Assembly (NCBI GenBank): GCA_009602725.1
Contig: WELB01000012.1
Location: 1,052,125 to 1,102,149 of the forward strand
Direction of reading: 5' to 3'
Length of the DNA: 50,025 nucleotides
From: Spirogloea muscicola
Taxonomy: Eukaryota
How positions within the stretch are numbered: position 1 is the stretch's first letter; each line of letters opens with the position of its first letter. Of this stretch, positions 1 to 11,716 are shown piece after piece. Below the pieces are notes generated by a model, which worked only from the letters and a program-made list of their open reading frames with translations, ran no database searches and had not been told where the DNA came from. Made by a program: the position numbers and the translations under genes.

Positions 1-124
<124 letters not shown>

Positions 125-529
125 GACGCCCTCACCCCTCTCTCGCTCCCTCTCGCTATCCCGTCCCCCCGACTATATTGTCTCCTCTGCTTCTCGTGGG
201 CATCCTTATGTCAAGTGAATGTGGCCCCCATGGTTTAGATCTTGTCTTTTGATACTGTTGACCCCTCTGCAGTAGCCATTTGTGAGGTAATTGAAAGGCC
301 CCGTTGATGGCTGAGATATGACTGGACGGTGATCCTTTCGCACATCCTCTTGCCTTCTTACATTCTTCACGAGTACAGATTGGTATCTGGTGCAAGCAGC
401 CGCTTGCCGCTCTGAAAGAGCCGCTGAGGCTTGTTTGCATCTCCTAAAAGCGTCCTTCTTCTTGCATCCAACGACAGACCTTGGCCGCAGGAGGCACTCT
501 GCAGGTCCTCCGCGCTTGCTGACTATTAG

Positions 530-812
530 CACCTTCCAATGAAAGAGAAGTGGCTCTCTCAATTGGGGCAAGTGCTGCAAGAAGCCAGCCCGAAAAGACT
601 TCACAAAGGTTCGAAGGGGCCAAAATGATGGAGGGGCCTAAAGCCACAATGACGGAGGGGCCTGAAGATGCTATGTCAGAAGGGGTGGAGGATGGACCAC
701 TCAGTAGCTACGAGTGAGGAGCCTCAAATCCGACAGACTAGCTGCCTGAAACTATCCCCTGCCGAAAGCCAGAGGCTGCAGCGAGAGCACGGCCAGCACC
801 CAGATGCAAGGC
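530..812 (-). mobile_element. 5'-truncated 3' end (last ORF codons plus 3' UTR) of a CRE-like non-LTR retrotransposon
   Basis: The reverse complement is closely similar to 22184-22422 and reads LHLGAGRALAAASGFRQG...SDLRLLTRSY*. It is followed by the GGGCTGGC...CAGC...GAGCCACTTC 3' UTR module shared by the family. Confidence 0.8.
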
Positions 813-842
813 ATGGGCCATGGACCGCTGAAGGGAGACTGA

Positions 843-1788
843 GCGTCCTCTTGCCAATCCTGTGGCCTCGAGCTCAGCGGGTAGCTTCTTGCTGCCTCTT
901 CAGCTGGCGCCCCTGCAGGTCAGCGATGGCTTCATGCTGCGCGTCTTCAGCTGATGTCCCCTTCAGGTACTTAAAGCTTCCGACTGGCTGAGCAAAGGAA
1001 GTCGCTATTCGCTTGTCTTGCTTCAGGTCAAGCTCCACCTGTCAGGCGGCTCTGGTCCTCTTCTGGGTGCCGTGCAGGTACTTGGCTTCTTTCAGCTCCT
1101 TCATCTGAAGACCTGACGCCTGCTTCCACTCTTGGGCATCTGGCCTCTTCCTTGCCTCTGCCAGAGTTATGGGCTGCACCTGATGGGCAGTCAGCTTTGC
1201 CTGCTGAGCTATGCCTGCATAGTGTTCCTGCTGAGCTGCTGCTGCGAGTGGCCCCTTGTGATCCTGCACATTGTGCTGCTGCACTCCTGCTGCGCCGGCT
1301 GCTGCTGCTCCGCTGCTCCGGCTGCTGCTCTGCTGCTGCGGCTGCTGCTCTGCTGCTCCGGCTGCTGCTGCTCAGCTGGCATGCCCTGCCAATGCTTTGG
1401 CCCGTAGCTCAGCGATACCTGCATAAACAGGATGGCTACTTGCTGCTGCCGCTCAGCTGGCGTGCTATGGCCAATTCTTTGGCCCGCAGCTCAGCGACAC
1501 CCGCATAAAGCAGGTAGCTTCTTGCTGCACAGCTGGTGCTGCCCTGGCTGCTGCACTTCTGCTGCTCCGGCTGCTGCAGTTCTGCTGCTCTGGCCGCTGC
1601 TCTGGCTGCTGCTCTTCTGCTGCACCGGCTGCTGTTGTTCTGCTGCACCGGCTGCTGCTGCTGCTGCCCTGGCTGCAGCAAGACCTGCAGTCAGGCCACC
1701 GGATTGGCAAGCGGACGCCAGCTGAAGACGCAGCGCGGAGCTACCCGCTGAGCTGCAGGTCCAGGCCACTGGATTGGCAAGAGGACGC
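843..1788 (-). mobile_element. Degenerate Q-rich segment, probable Ty1/copia pol relic (integrase-RT linker)
   Basis: ORF 1042-1284(-) contains QPITLAEARKRPDAQEWKQASGLQMKEL, resembling the EPxTxxEA...D...WxxAM..E...L motif just upstream of copia RT. It is preceded by CTG/CAG-rich repeats (1290-1680), has stops in all frames, and no RT core was seen. Confidence 0.45.
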
Positions 1789-1833
1789 CAACTAAAGGCA
1801 GTGGCTGTGAATGGCCAGGACGGAGATCTTAGC

Positions 1834-1960
1834 AAGGAAAGCAAGCGCGGCCAGATTAACTGGTGGCTGGGAGAGGCCAGCCCAAAGGAATGGACAAGGG
1901 GAGGTCGTGGCCGTGTAAGGCCAGCCCAAAAGCGGGCACAGTCCAGGGAACGAAGGCTCT
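1834..1960 (-). mobile_element. 3' UTR fragment of the CRE-like repeat family
   Basis: AAGCGCGGCCAGATTAACTGGTGGCTGGGAGAGGCCAGCCCAAAGGAATGGACAA also occurs at ~20281, ~20634, ~22744 and inverted at ~20870-20925. Confidence 0.75.
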
Positions 1961-2143
1961 TCCCAGTAGTGGGCGATGGCTTTGATTGGTCAGCCCTTAA
2001 AAAGGCCGAACGGGATGTCTAGGGTGTCCCAAACGAGAGAGAGAGCACGAGGCACGACGCACTCGGCCAAACGGGTGGGCTACAGGTGACGGCGCAGAAG
2101 GCATGCCTGACCGTGGAAGCTGCGGGCCCCACTGGTGGACCCC

Positions 2144-2342
2144 AAACCCTAATTATAAAAGTCTGAAAAGTCCGGGGTAGTGGGCATGGAGGCACCCTAA
2201 TAGTTGGGGTGGCGTGGGGTAGGTGGGCCAGCCCCCCCGAGCACGTGCACGAATTGCCGCCCAATAAGGGCGGCCTGGGCTGGGCCACGTGGCAGATATG
2301 CGGGCCCGGGCGGCACGTGGCCTAGGGGGCCGCGGACGTGGT
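2144..2342. promoter_or_regulatory. Cluster of plant-type cis-elements (telo-box, TATA-like, G-boxes/ABRE, site II, CCAAT)
   Basis: AAACCCTAA at 2144, TATAAAA at 2154, CACGTG at 2242, 2286 and 2314, ACGTGG at 2336, TGGGCC at 2224 and 2281, CCAAT at 2261. Confidence 0.45.
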
Positions 2343-3426
2343 GCTTCGGAAGACCGGTGCCGGGGAGCTCGGGGGGGATGCACAAGGGTGCGGACGGCGG
2401 CCCATGCGTCGGGGTGGCCGGCGTCGCTGGACCGACCGGCGCGGCCGCGGGGGGGAGCGGGGGAAACGGCGTGGCTCGGACGAGGGACATCGGCCGCGAG
2501 GGACGCGTGCGGGTGTCGCATAGCCGGGGTCCCCTTGGGGAAGGGGCCGGCGAAGCCCCCTTTCCCGGCCGTACTGGTTCGCCCATCATTTAACGTGGTT
2601 GGTCGGCGCCGCCTTCCCAAGGGGAGCACCCGAGAGAGCTGAGACGTCCTCCGCCGTCTCCCCGCGACGCCATTCCCACCGTTGGCCGGAAGCGCCATGC
2701 ACGCCCCACCGCGGAGCACCCCCGAGACGTCCTCCGCCGTCTCCCGAGCCGCCGTTCCCCATCGTCGCCAGAAAGCGGAAGCCCACGCCGTCGGCTCGGG
2801 CCCCGGGGGGCAGCCCCTCCGGAGTTGGCGGCCCGGCCGCGGCGCCCGCCGCATCTGGCGCCGCAGGAGCAGCCGCGCGGCGCGCCGCGGACCGCGCCGG
2901 AAAACGCGGCGCGGAGGGCGGGCGCAGGGGCGGGAGGGGCTGGCCGCGGGAGATCCGTGGGGCCCCCCCGCGCCCTCCGGTCGGTGAGCGAATCCGGAGG
3001 CCGCTGGAAACGGGGGCGCCCTGGTAACGTGTATGTACTCGGTGGGGCAATTTGATCGAGAAGGGCACGCGCCCGGCCCGATTTTCCGCGCCCCCCGCTA
3101 CCAGCCATACTGCTAGCCTCCGGAAGCCGAGGCTTCCTGCCCGCCTCCCCGGCAGCGGACGTTGGCGGCGGCGGCGGCGGCGGCGGCGGCGCTGGCCTGC
3201 GCGCCGGCAGGGCGCCGTCGTCGACGTCGACGCCTGCCTCGTCTGCGGCGCCGGTGCTGGCCGCCTACGCCCTGTTGCCATGGGTCTTCGACCCCATGGG
3301 CGGCCGCATGCTCGGCACCGCCATTCTCTTCTGCGTCGTCACTTGGGTTGCCTCCTNCGGGCGGCGCCTGCGGCCTGGGCCGCCGGTGATGGTCCTGGGG
3401 GCCGCCGCCCGCCGCGCCGCGTCGCC

Positions 3427-5789
3427 ATGCCAGCGCGCATGCTGGAGGTCACGGTCGGGTCCACAGCGGCGCTCAAGGAGAGCCGCTCCACCAACCGCCA
3501 GGACCCCTACGCCGTCCTGCGCCTGGGCGACGCCGAGTTCAGCACCAACTCCAGCGCCCAGGTTGCCGCCGCCGCCACCGCCGCCGCTGAGCCATGGCGC
3601 TCGCTGGGCTGCCGAGGCTCCCCGTCACTCCCGTCAGCCTCTGATGCTGCTGACGCCGGGCGTCGGGCCGGTCTCTGGCAGGCTGGCGCCCGGCCGGTCT
3701 GGAACCACCGCTTCCAGTGCATCCTGCCCGAGGACCCCTGCCCGCAGGTGAGCGCCGTAGCCCAGCTTCTGCGACCGTCGGAGATCGTCGTCTCTGACGA
3801 TACCAGACGATCTTCGACGATATCGCCGCCACTGAGCGTGCGCTGAGCTGAGCTCCTTCAAGGGGCGCTGAGCTTCGGGTGCACCCATCCGGTGGCGCTC
3901 GAGCCAGTGCCAGCACCGGCCCTCGCCGAGTGACAGCTGTGGCTACATGGCCACACAGCGACAGTCGGTCGCATGGTCGTGTACGATCGATCGGCGTGTT
4001 GTTGGGTGCTGACTGGCGTGCGGCGGCGCGGCGCTGAGGGGGTGCGCAGGAGCTGGAGGTGGAGATCTGGGACAAGCCGGAGAGCGGCGGCGGGCCTGAC
4101 AAGTTCATCGGGTCGTGCAAGGTCGACCTCTCGCCCGTCTACGCCGCCGGTGACCTGGCCATCAACCAGGCGGTGCTGCGCCGCAGTGGCAAGCTGCTGG
4201 GCCACGTGCGCTTCTACTTCCAGATCCTCGTCGAGTACTCAGGCGAAGCGGCAGCCGCGCTGCCGCTGCAGCGGCCGGCTGCGACGCTGGCCCTGCTGTC
4301 CGCTGGCCAACCGCCAAGCCAGGTAGCCGCCAGGGCAGCGACCAGTTCGGCGGCTGTGACGGCAGCACCGGCTGCAGGGCTCGCCTCGCCTCGCCTGCCG
4401 CCGCTGGCACCGAGACCCGCTACGGAGATCGCGGGGAGTCTGGCCGCCTTTGCGCACATGCCGGACCTCATCAAGCAGCTGCAAGCGTACCAAGCGCTGG
4501 CCCAGTCGCAATCGCCGCTTGGCTCGATGGGCAGCGGCGGGGTGGCTGGCGGTGCCGGCAGCGGCAGTGCAGACTCTGCTACAGCTGCAACATACCACTC
4601 AACCGGCGGCGGCGGCAGCCGCGGCGGCAGCCTCCCGCGGCCACCGTCGCTGCAGCTGCCCGCATTGCCCTCGCTAGCGGGACAGACGTCGCCGCTGTCG
4701 TCGCCGAGCTTTGGCATTCCTTCTTCCATCTTCACGTCCCCCACGCTGCCCCTCCTCCTCTCCCCGCCCTCCTATCCGACTCCTGGTGCCACGACTCCCG
4801 GCGACTACTTCCGGCATCCTGCCGCTTTTGGGGCCAGCAGTCATCACCAAGATCCCCAGCAGCTGCAGCAGCCGCCCCTGCCGATGCAGCAGCAGCTCCA
4901 TCTGCGGCCGCTGCCGCCGTTGACGCAGCACCAGCTCACCGCCAACGTCAGCCCCGCCAGTGGCGGCTCTGGCAGCCTGATGTCCCTGTCCCGGGCCAGC
5001 GGCGTTGGCAGCAGCAGCCCCCACGGAGGTGGACCGCTTTCCCCATTGACCGTGCGCGAGCTCCTGCTTCAGGCGCTGGCATCGCCAGGCCTCCTGCGAG
5101 GTGGCAGTGGGGGCGGCGGCGATGATGGCGGGACAACCTCCCAGCAGCAGGGTGGTGGGCTCCTCGCTGCCAGTCAGCTGGCGTCGCTCTCAGAGGTCTT
5201 CGCGCCGCTGCGGCAAGACGCCAGCGGCGCCGCGGCGCTGAGGCCCGGTGACGCTGGAGTCGTGCGAGGCTACGGCAGTGGCGTGCCAGCCATCGGCGGC
5301 GGCCGCGGCAGCGTGGCCCAGGCCGGCGGCTACTCGCAGGCATACAGAGAGGGCCTCCAGCCAGCCACTAGTCAAAGAGCATCCATTGACACAGTGGTTC
5401 CAGCAGCACCGGCTGCCGCAACATCAGAGGGCGCTGCTGGGGCGGTGCAGGGCCAAGGTCGGGGCACTGAGACTGACTTCTTCCTGGAGGCGTCGGTACG
5501 GTCGGCGGCAGCAGCTGCAGCGGCGAGGCAGGGCGGCAGTGGTGCAGCGACACTCGCTGAGGTGGGCAGCCCACCGCCGCCCAGGGGCCTCCTGCTGCAG
5601 CGGCCCCCGGCGTCGTCCACCCCCGGCAAGCGCAAGTCGGATCTGCAGCTCGACTTCAGCCTTGGCACGGCACGGGCAGATGAGGCGGACCCGCTGGCGC
5701 CCTCGACAACCGCGGCGCAGCGGGCTGAGTGGCAGGACGGGCCAGAGGATGACACCACCTCAAAGCGACTCCGGACTGGGGACCAGTAG
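3427..5789 (+). CDS. C2-domain protein with a long low-complexity (S/G/A/P/Q-rich) C-terminus, about 646 aa
   Basis: GT-AG exons 3427-3561, 3682-3747 and 4050-5789 join in frame: MLEVTVGSTAALK...RQDPYAVLRLG...PVWNHRF...ELEVEIWDK...DKFIGSCKVDL. These are typical C2 motifs. Confidence 0.8.
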
Positions 5790-7165
5790 CTGCCTTGCTG
5801 CTCGTGAACATCCCCGAGGTTGCTGCTTGTGGGCTGCACCCCTCCACCATTGCTGCACCAGCTTCTCAGCTGTCCATGGCTCGACGAGAATAGCTGACGG
5901 TGCAGAGATGCGGCAGCAGCCCAGACATATGTGCAGCGCCCGAGCTTGCCTGCTTCTCCTTGCATTCTCCATCTGGCCTGCGCCAGGAGGGCATGTTCGA
6001 GGCGCTCTCAGGTGAGGACTGGCAGCCAGGCCAGCCTCCCAGTGCGAGCTATGCACATGCCCGCGAGCATCGATGGTGAGGACGCCACGTACTCGGCTGC
6101 TGCTTCGCCGCCACTTCCAAGCTGCCGTCCACTTTTTCCTCTTTGCAATTTGCCATTGCCTCTTTCTGTAGCTAGTGCATTTGCCACTGCTGGTCATGAT
6201 CACTGGCCCTGGCACTGGCGCTGACGCTGATGCTCAGGGGCTGCTCCTGCTTGTCTCTTTGTCTGATCTTTTCTTTGTGTCTGACCTTGACAGTGGCTAG
6301 CTTTCATGGCCAGCACCGGACGAGCTACCACACCAAGCCAATTGCAAATACCTGCGGGCTATATATAGGATCAGATTCCCTCACGGTCAGATTAACTCCT
6401 GTAGTGTGCGTCTTGTAGAATAGTGACGTCCCCAATGGTGTAGGAATTGGGCTGCGTAGAGTGCGGCAGAGAATGCCGCGTTGGCATACGGAGTCCAGCC
6501 AGGCGGCGCACAGTTGTCGCCCTCGGGGCCCGAGCATGCCGCCTTGGTGCGGTTAGCCGGCCCCTTCGGCCAGCCGGCGCTTGGAGGAGGGGGCGAGCGG
6601 CCGAGCATGATTAGGCATGATCATGCCCGCTACCCCTGCCGCCGGCCACAGCGGCGTGATCAGTGCCTCGATCAAGTCCCGCCCGCCCCGCCGTCCTCCT
6701 GGCGCCGCCGCCGCCGCTACTTCTGTCTCCCAGTGTCGAATAGGCTGTTCTTAAGACTTTGGCTGCTCCCACATTCATTCCGGCTGGCCTGCTCCGGCAA
6801 CGGACCTACTAGCTAGGATTCTTTGCTCAAATGAGCTGCGACTGTCACCCGTGGCTAAGTTCAAGGTTTGCTGCTCGGTGCTCAGATCCATGAGTTACCT
6901 TGGAGAGATGGGCAGGACCTGTCAAAGCAGCGATCCTCTTTCTTACTTCTCGCGAACATCAAACCAATGTGGAGGCTGAGTCTGGACTGCTTGGTTTGTT
7001 CTTGGTCAGATAGTATTTGAGAGTGATCAGGTAGTTGATGCTGAGAGGCAACAGCTTGGCCGGGGTTTTGGAGCCGCCAGCCTAGCCGTGTGCCACCAAG
7101 GGAGGTTGAAAGAAGCTGAAAGGAAGACGAGATGATCGTTGCAGGTACAATTTGAGCGGTGCCTC

Positions 7166-7621
7166 TCTGAGCTGAAGAAACCAATGTAAGCCTGGAAGTT
7201 GAAGCTCTGATCTGGGCGACTGTGGTGGAGCGCTGATGTCAAGAAAGCTTTCGCTGTGAGGCTGCATGATAACGGTCTTGCAGCATAATGACACGTGATT
7301 ACTGCATGGCTACTCGACGCTTTCAGAAGGGCTGGATACGTCAAGATACATTAAGAGCGTGCTGAGGGCGATTGGAAGAAGTCGACATCTGAGCTGAAGT
7401 AATGAATGTGAGCCTGGAAGTTGAAGCTCTGATCTGGGCGACTGTGGTGGAGCGCTGATGTCAAGAAGGGCTTGCGCTGTGAGGCTGCATGTTAACAACA
7501 GTCTTGCAGCATAATGACACGTGATTACTGCTTGACTACTCGACGATTCCGACGAAGGGCGAGCCTCGAGACGTCAAGATACACCAAGTGCATGCTGAGG
7601 GCGATTGGAAGAAGTCGACAT
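7166..7621. repeat. Tandem duplication, two ~222-bp units, upstream of the JmjC gene
   Basis: Units start with TCTGAGCTGAAG at 7166 and 7388 and both end GATTGGAAGAAGTCGACAT. Each contains GACACGTGA. Confidence 0.9.
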
Positions 7622-7771
7622 TTGGTGCCGTGATAGGCTGTCCCAGTAAGCGCTACGACCGGAAGCTGTCGGGGCGGCAATTCGGCCACGCTTTTGGGCT
7701 CCCCCCCCGTCCCTTCGCCGTCGGCGCCGCCGCCGCCCCCGGCGCCGCCGCCGCCGCGGCGTGCGGCCGCC

Positions 7772-10700
7772 ATGGAGGCGCCCGTGTTCCGCCCGACGCT
7801 GGAGGAGATGCGGGCGCTGACCCTGGAGCAGTACGTGGAGCGCGTCGTGGAGGGCAGCGCTGCAGCAGCCGCTGGCATCGCACGTATCGTTGCGCCGCCC
7901 GGNGCCGCCGCCGCCGCCGCCGCCGAGGCCGGGCGCCCCGCGGCGCGGCGCGGCCACGAGGCGCTGGAGCGCAGTTTCTGGAAGAACGTGACGCACGCGC
8001 CGCCGCTCTACGGCGCCGACGGCGTCGGCTCCCTCTTCGACGAGGACGTCCAGGTTTCCGCCTGCCTGCTGGGACGCCGTCCCTGACAGCCCCCTTGTAG
8101 AAGTGCATGTTTTCCTTCAGTGCCTTAAGATTACCGATAAAGCACTTCTGGGTTGAGTCTCTTACATCTATAGACTGGCTCGAGAGGCAAAGCTCTGCCT
8201 TGTCTCCCAGCTACCCTTGCCAGCTGCCTGGCATCAGTGCTGGCGGCCTTTGCCACTGGCAGAATTGCTTGTTGTTCTTTAGGCCAAATCTGGTTGTGTA
8301 TTCTGTTCACTTTTCTTTCAAGAATCTCCCACCAATGCATGCGTGGCAAGCCTTGCCAGAGTCTGTCTTCCCTTTTTGAGCTTCTCTGATGAGTTCGTGA
8401 GACTGCGCTGTTTTGCACTGAGCAACTCACAAATTATGAAGCTCATCGTGAGCCTGCCTTGACCATCCTCCTCTTGGTAGGGGTGGAACCCGGCGACATT
8501 GGCCACGCTGCTCAGCCGCACATTGGAGGAGGCCGGGATCAGCATTCCTGGTGTGACCACGTCTTACCTCTACTTCGGCATGTGGCGCAGCATGTTCGCC
8601 TGGTGAGCGGGCATTGCCGAGCACAGGTTGATCTTGTCGTTGAGCTGCTATGCTAGACAATGTGAGTCACACATCAAACAGAAATCGTAGCATGTACCAT
8701 GTCCAAGTTTCAGCTCTGCCTTGTGACCAGGCACACAGAGGATGTGGACCTGTACAGTGTGAACTACCTCCACTTTGGCGAAAGCAAGTCATGGTATGTC
8801 GAGTGCAGCAGTTGCTATCTTTCTCTGACAAGCCTGCTCCCTAGCAGATTGCCAACCTTGCTTCTGATCTGCACTACCCGTCACGATGCATGGCTTGGTA
8901 CATTGAGAAGGAGCTTCATTAGTGCCTCATGAGATCTTTCGGCTCTGCTGCTGTTGTTGTGTCATTCTGCTTTGCATAGGTACACCATACCACCCGCCCA
9001 CAGGCTGCGCTTTGAGAGAGTAGTCCAGGGGCTCCTGCCGGACCTGCACAAAGAGTGCCACCAGTTCCTCCGACACAAGGTTTCCCTAAAACCTTTCAGC
9101 ACCTTAATGTCATAGATGCGTTCCAATAAACAGGCTGCAAGCTTGCATCCTTGATTAAGTGTCAGAGTAAGTGCTGGGTGTTTCTCTGAGTCTTCCTTCA
9201 TGTGATGGCACCAGCAGGTGTCTGGTAATTACAATACCTCATTCTTTGTGGATGACAGTGGCCTCATAACCTTCCTGGGCTTCTTGTGCAGGAAACACTG
9301 GTGACGCCACAGCTACTCCAGCAGTACAACATCCCTGTCATCAAGGTTGTCCAGGATCCAGGCCAGTTTGTCATCAACCTTCCAGGTATGGTAAAGAGTA
9401 TTGCCTTGGTCAAACTGTCTCTCATGGAAGCTTCTTTGTCTGATGACTTATTATCAGGCTTGACTGGCAGTGTTTCACCTTCCAGCTCAGGTGTGTATCA
9501 TGCGGGCTTCAATCACGGCTACAACTGTGCTGAGTCCACAAACTTTGCTACCAAACGGTATGGTGCCGTAAATGTGCTGAGTGTCATCGTGTATCGCGGC
9601 GGCTAGATTATTGCGTCATTTGGATTGTGTTGTGCTCCGTGCCTGGTTGAAGTCTGGTCGGACTAAGGAGTGCCCGACATCGTACTTGCAGGTGGCTTGA
9701 GATGGGCGCTAAAGCAAAGGCATGCACGTGTTCGCGGGACAGCGTGAAAATTGACATGGCTCTGTTTGGCATCAAGCCTGCTCCAGGAAGGGCCCCACGA
9801 TCTGTCGCAGATGGAGTCCTGCACCTTCAGTCACCAGCGGGTTGGTTGCTTCTGGCCAGTAGTTGACAGAGATTGAGAAGTCACAGATGCATTCCCAGGG
9901 GTTCTAAGCTGGTCCTAACAAGCCTGACCCTATCGAAGGTCACGTTGTCACAGCACTGTCACGCCATGCGTGTCCTGACAAAATACGGCATCACAATTGC
10001 AGAACACATTGTGAGACCTCGGGCGCATGATCTTTCTGTGATGACCACAATCAAAGGCCGGGACAGGCCAACCCAGAAGCGGCCAAAGCTTGTGTCATCT
10101 ACAACAGGGCTCACAGGTGTGGCATTGGCAGTCTGCATTCTCCTTTACAGGCTCTCAATTACTGTTTGGAATATGCTGGTATAATAGGTATCGGTACCCT
10201 CGTCTTAGGAACCAATTCGCCTGCCCCTTCCTCATGTGACAATTGCAGTCAGAACAGAAGCTTCTTGTACTATTAAAGAGTATCTGAATCCCTTCACAAG
10301 CCAGACTTCATGTATGAATGGTGCACATGGTTGCTTAGCCTTTCAGAAGATTTGGTTTGGGGGTTTGTAAATCCTTGCGAGATATGCAGGCAAGAATCTT
10401 GGGTCAACAAGCACCACAGACGTCCCCAACGAGTCAATGAGCTGGGTCCAATGTGAGGCTTGCGACAAGTGGCGAGAGCTACCTCTCGCTGAGAGGGGCT
10501 TGGATTTGCACCTGCGTCCGACGTTCATGTGTGACATGCTCCCCGCGACAAGCTGCACCACGGCAGAGACTTCCTATGAAGAGGTACGATCTTAGCACAT
10601 TGGTTTAAAGGCAGAGTTGGCCTGTCCCTTATTCTAGCCCTTCCTTCATTGTCATCAACAATTGCATCTAAGTCAAACTGACTGAAAGCAAGTCATGTTT

Positions 10701-11716
10701 TGGTGTAACAGGATGTCAACAAGGCGTGCGATACTGTTACTGTTAAAGGTCTCAGATTAAGGATAAATGCATTGGTGGTCATCCACATTCTGAATCATAG
10801 TTGACAGGCTTTTGGTTCCAGAAATGGAGACTGATTGTCAGCAGTGTTCCCTTGTCAGCAGGACAAACAGTGGGTATATGATTCTGTGTGCGATGATATA
10901 AGCCAGGTGATTGAGCCCAAGAGGAACAAGAAGAAAGCGAGGCAGCCAGTAAGAATGCGAAAGACAGAAGAGTCGCAAAGAGCTTGGCATCCTTCCGGTT
11001 CGTACATACAGCACCCAAAGCAAAGCACAAATAGCAGCTTTAGTATGGGGGCCGATGACGAATCTGCATGCACAACCAGTGGGCAATTACATCGGACAAG
11101 AGGTGTAAGGAGGTCGTGGGCGTACTTGATGGAGAAGGATGAAGAGGACGACGAGCTTGACGACAGTGAAGAAGAAATGTTGACATACCAGCGAAGTGTT
11201 GTGAGGAGCGCAAGCAGGAGAAGGGAGAGGAGGAAGAGGCCAGACAGACCAAAGAGGTCTCAGCAGGAGGTGAGAAAGGTAGCGGAGGATGGAGCTGGCC
11301 TCGCGTACGAGGGCAGGGGAAGCCACGTCTCGCTGTCGCCGCGGCACCTTGGAATGGTCATCGCCTTGCCGGCTGTTGGGGTGGACGACGACTGCATTTT
11401 GGACAGAAGTCCCATGGAAGCTTCGATGCAGGATGGCCAGAAGTCTCGTGTCTCTGATGGCGGCGGATCTCCCTCCCTTGCTGGCTCCTCTAGAGTAGGG
11501 AATGAGCTTCTCGCGCACACTGTAGAGATAGTCCACACGGCCTTGCCTTGTGGACGGTGGCAGCTTGGACAGACTTTTGATGGCTTGGACTGGGAGCCGG
11601 TGTCAGGAGCTGGTGACGGGCCTTGGTCTTCAGCTACTTGCAGCGGCTTCGCCCTGGATGCTGACGAGGTGGTGCCGGGCAAGTGTCACTCTGTGGCAAA
11701 AAGGCTACTCGTGTGA
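7772..11716 (+). CDS. KDM4/JMJD2 (Rph1)-type JmjN+JmjC histone lysine demethylase with a C-terminal CW zinc finger
   Basis: Exons 7772-8053 (contains an N join at 7903), 8481-8602, 8731-8793, 8980-9079, 9292-9385, 9491-9557, 9692-~98xx, ~10003-10115, 10390-10583 and 10862-11716. Jmj[12 protein letters not shown]...GIARIVAP. Jmj[77 protein letters not shown]. zf-[16 protein letters not shown]...FMC....SC. Confidence 0.9.

Noticed and set aside
2000..3300. Many overlapping Arg/Gly/Pro-rich ORFs of 100-260 aa
   Set aside because: These are expected from very high GC content, with several frames open and no recognisable motifs.
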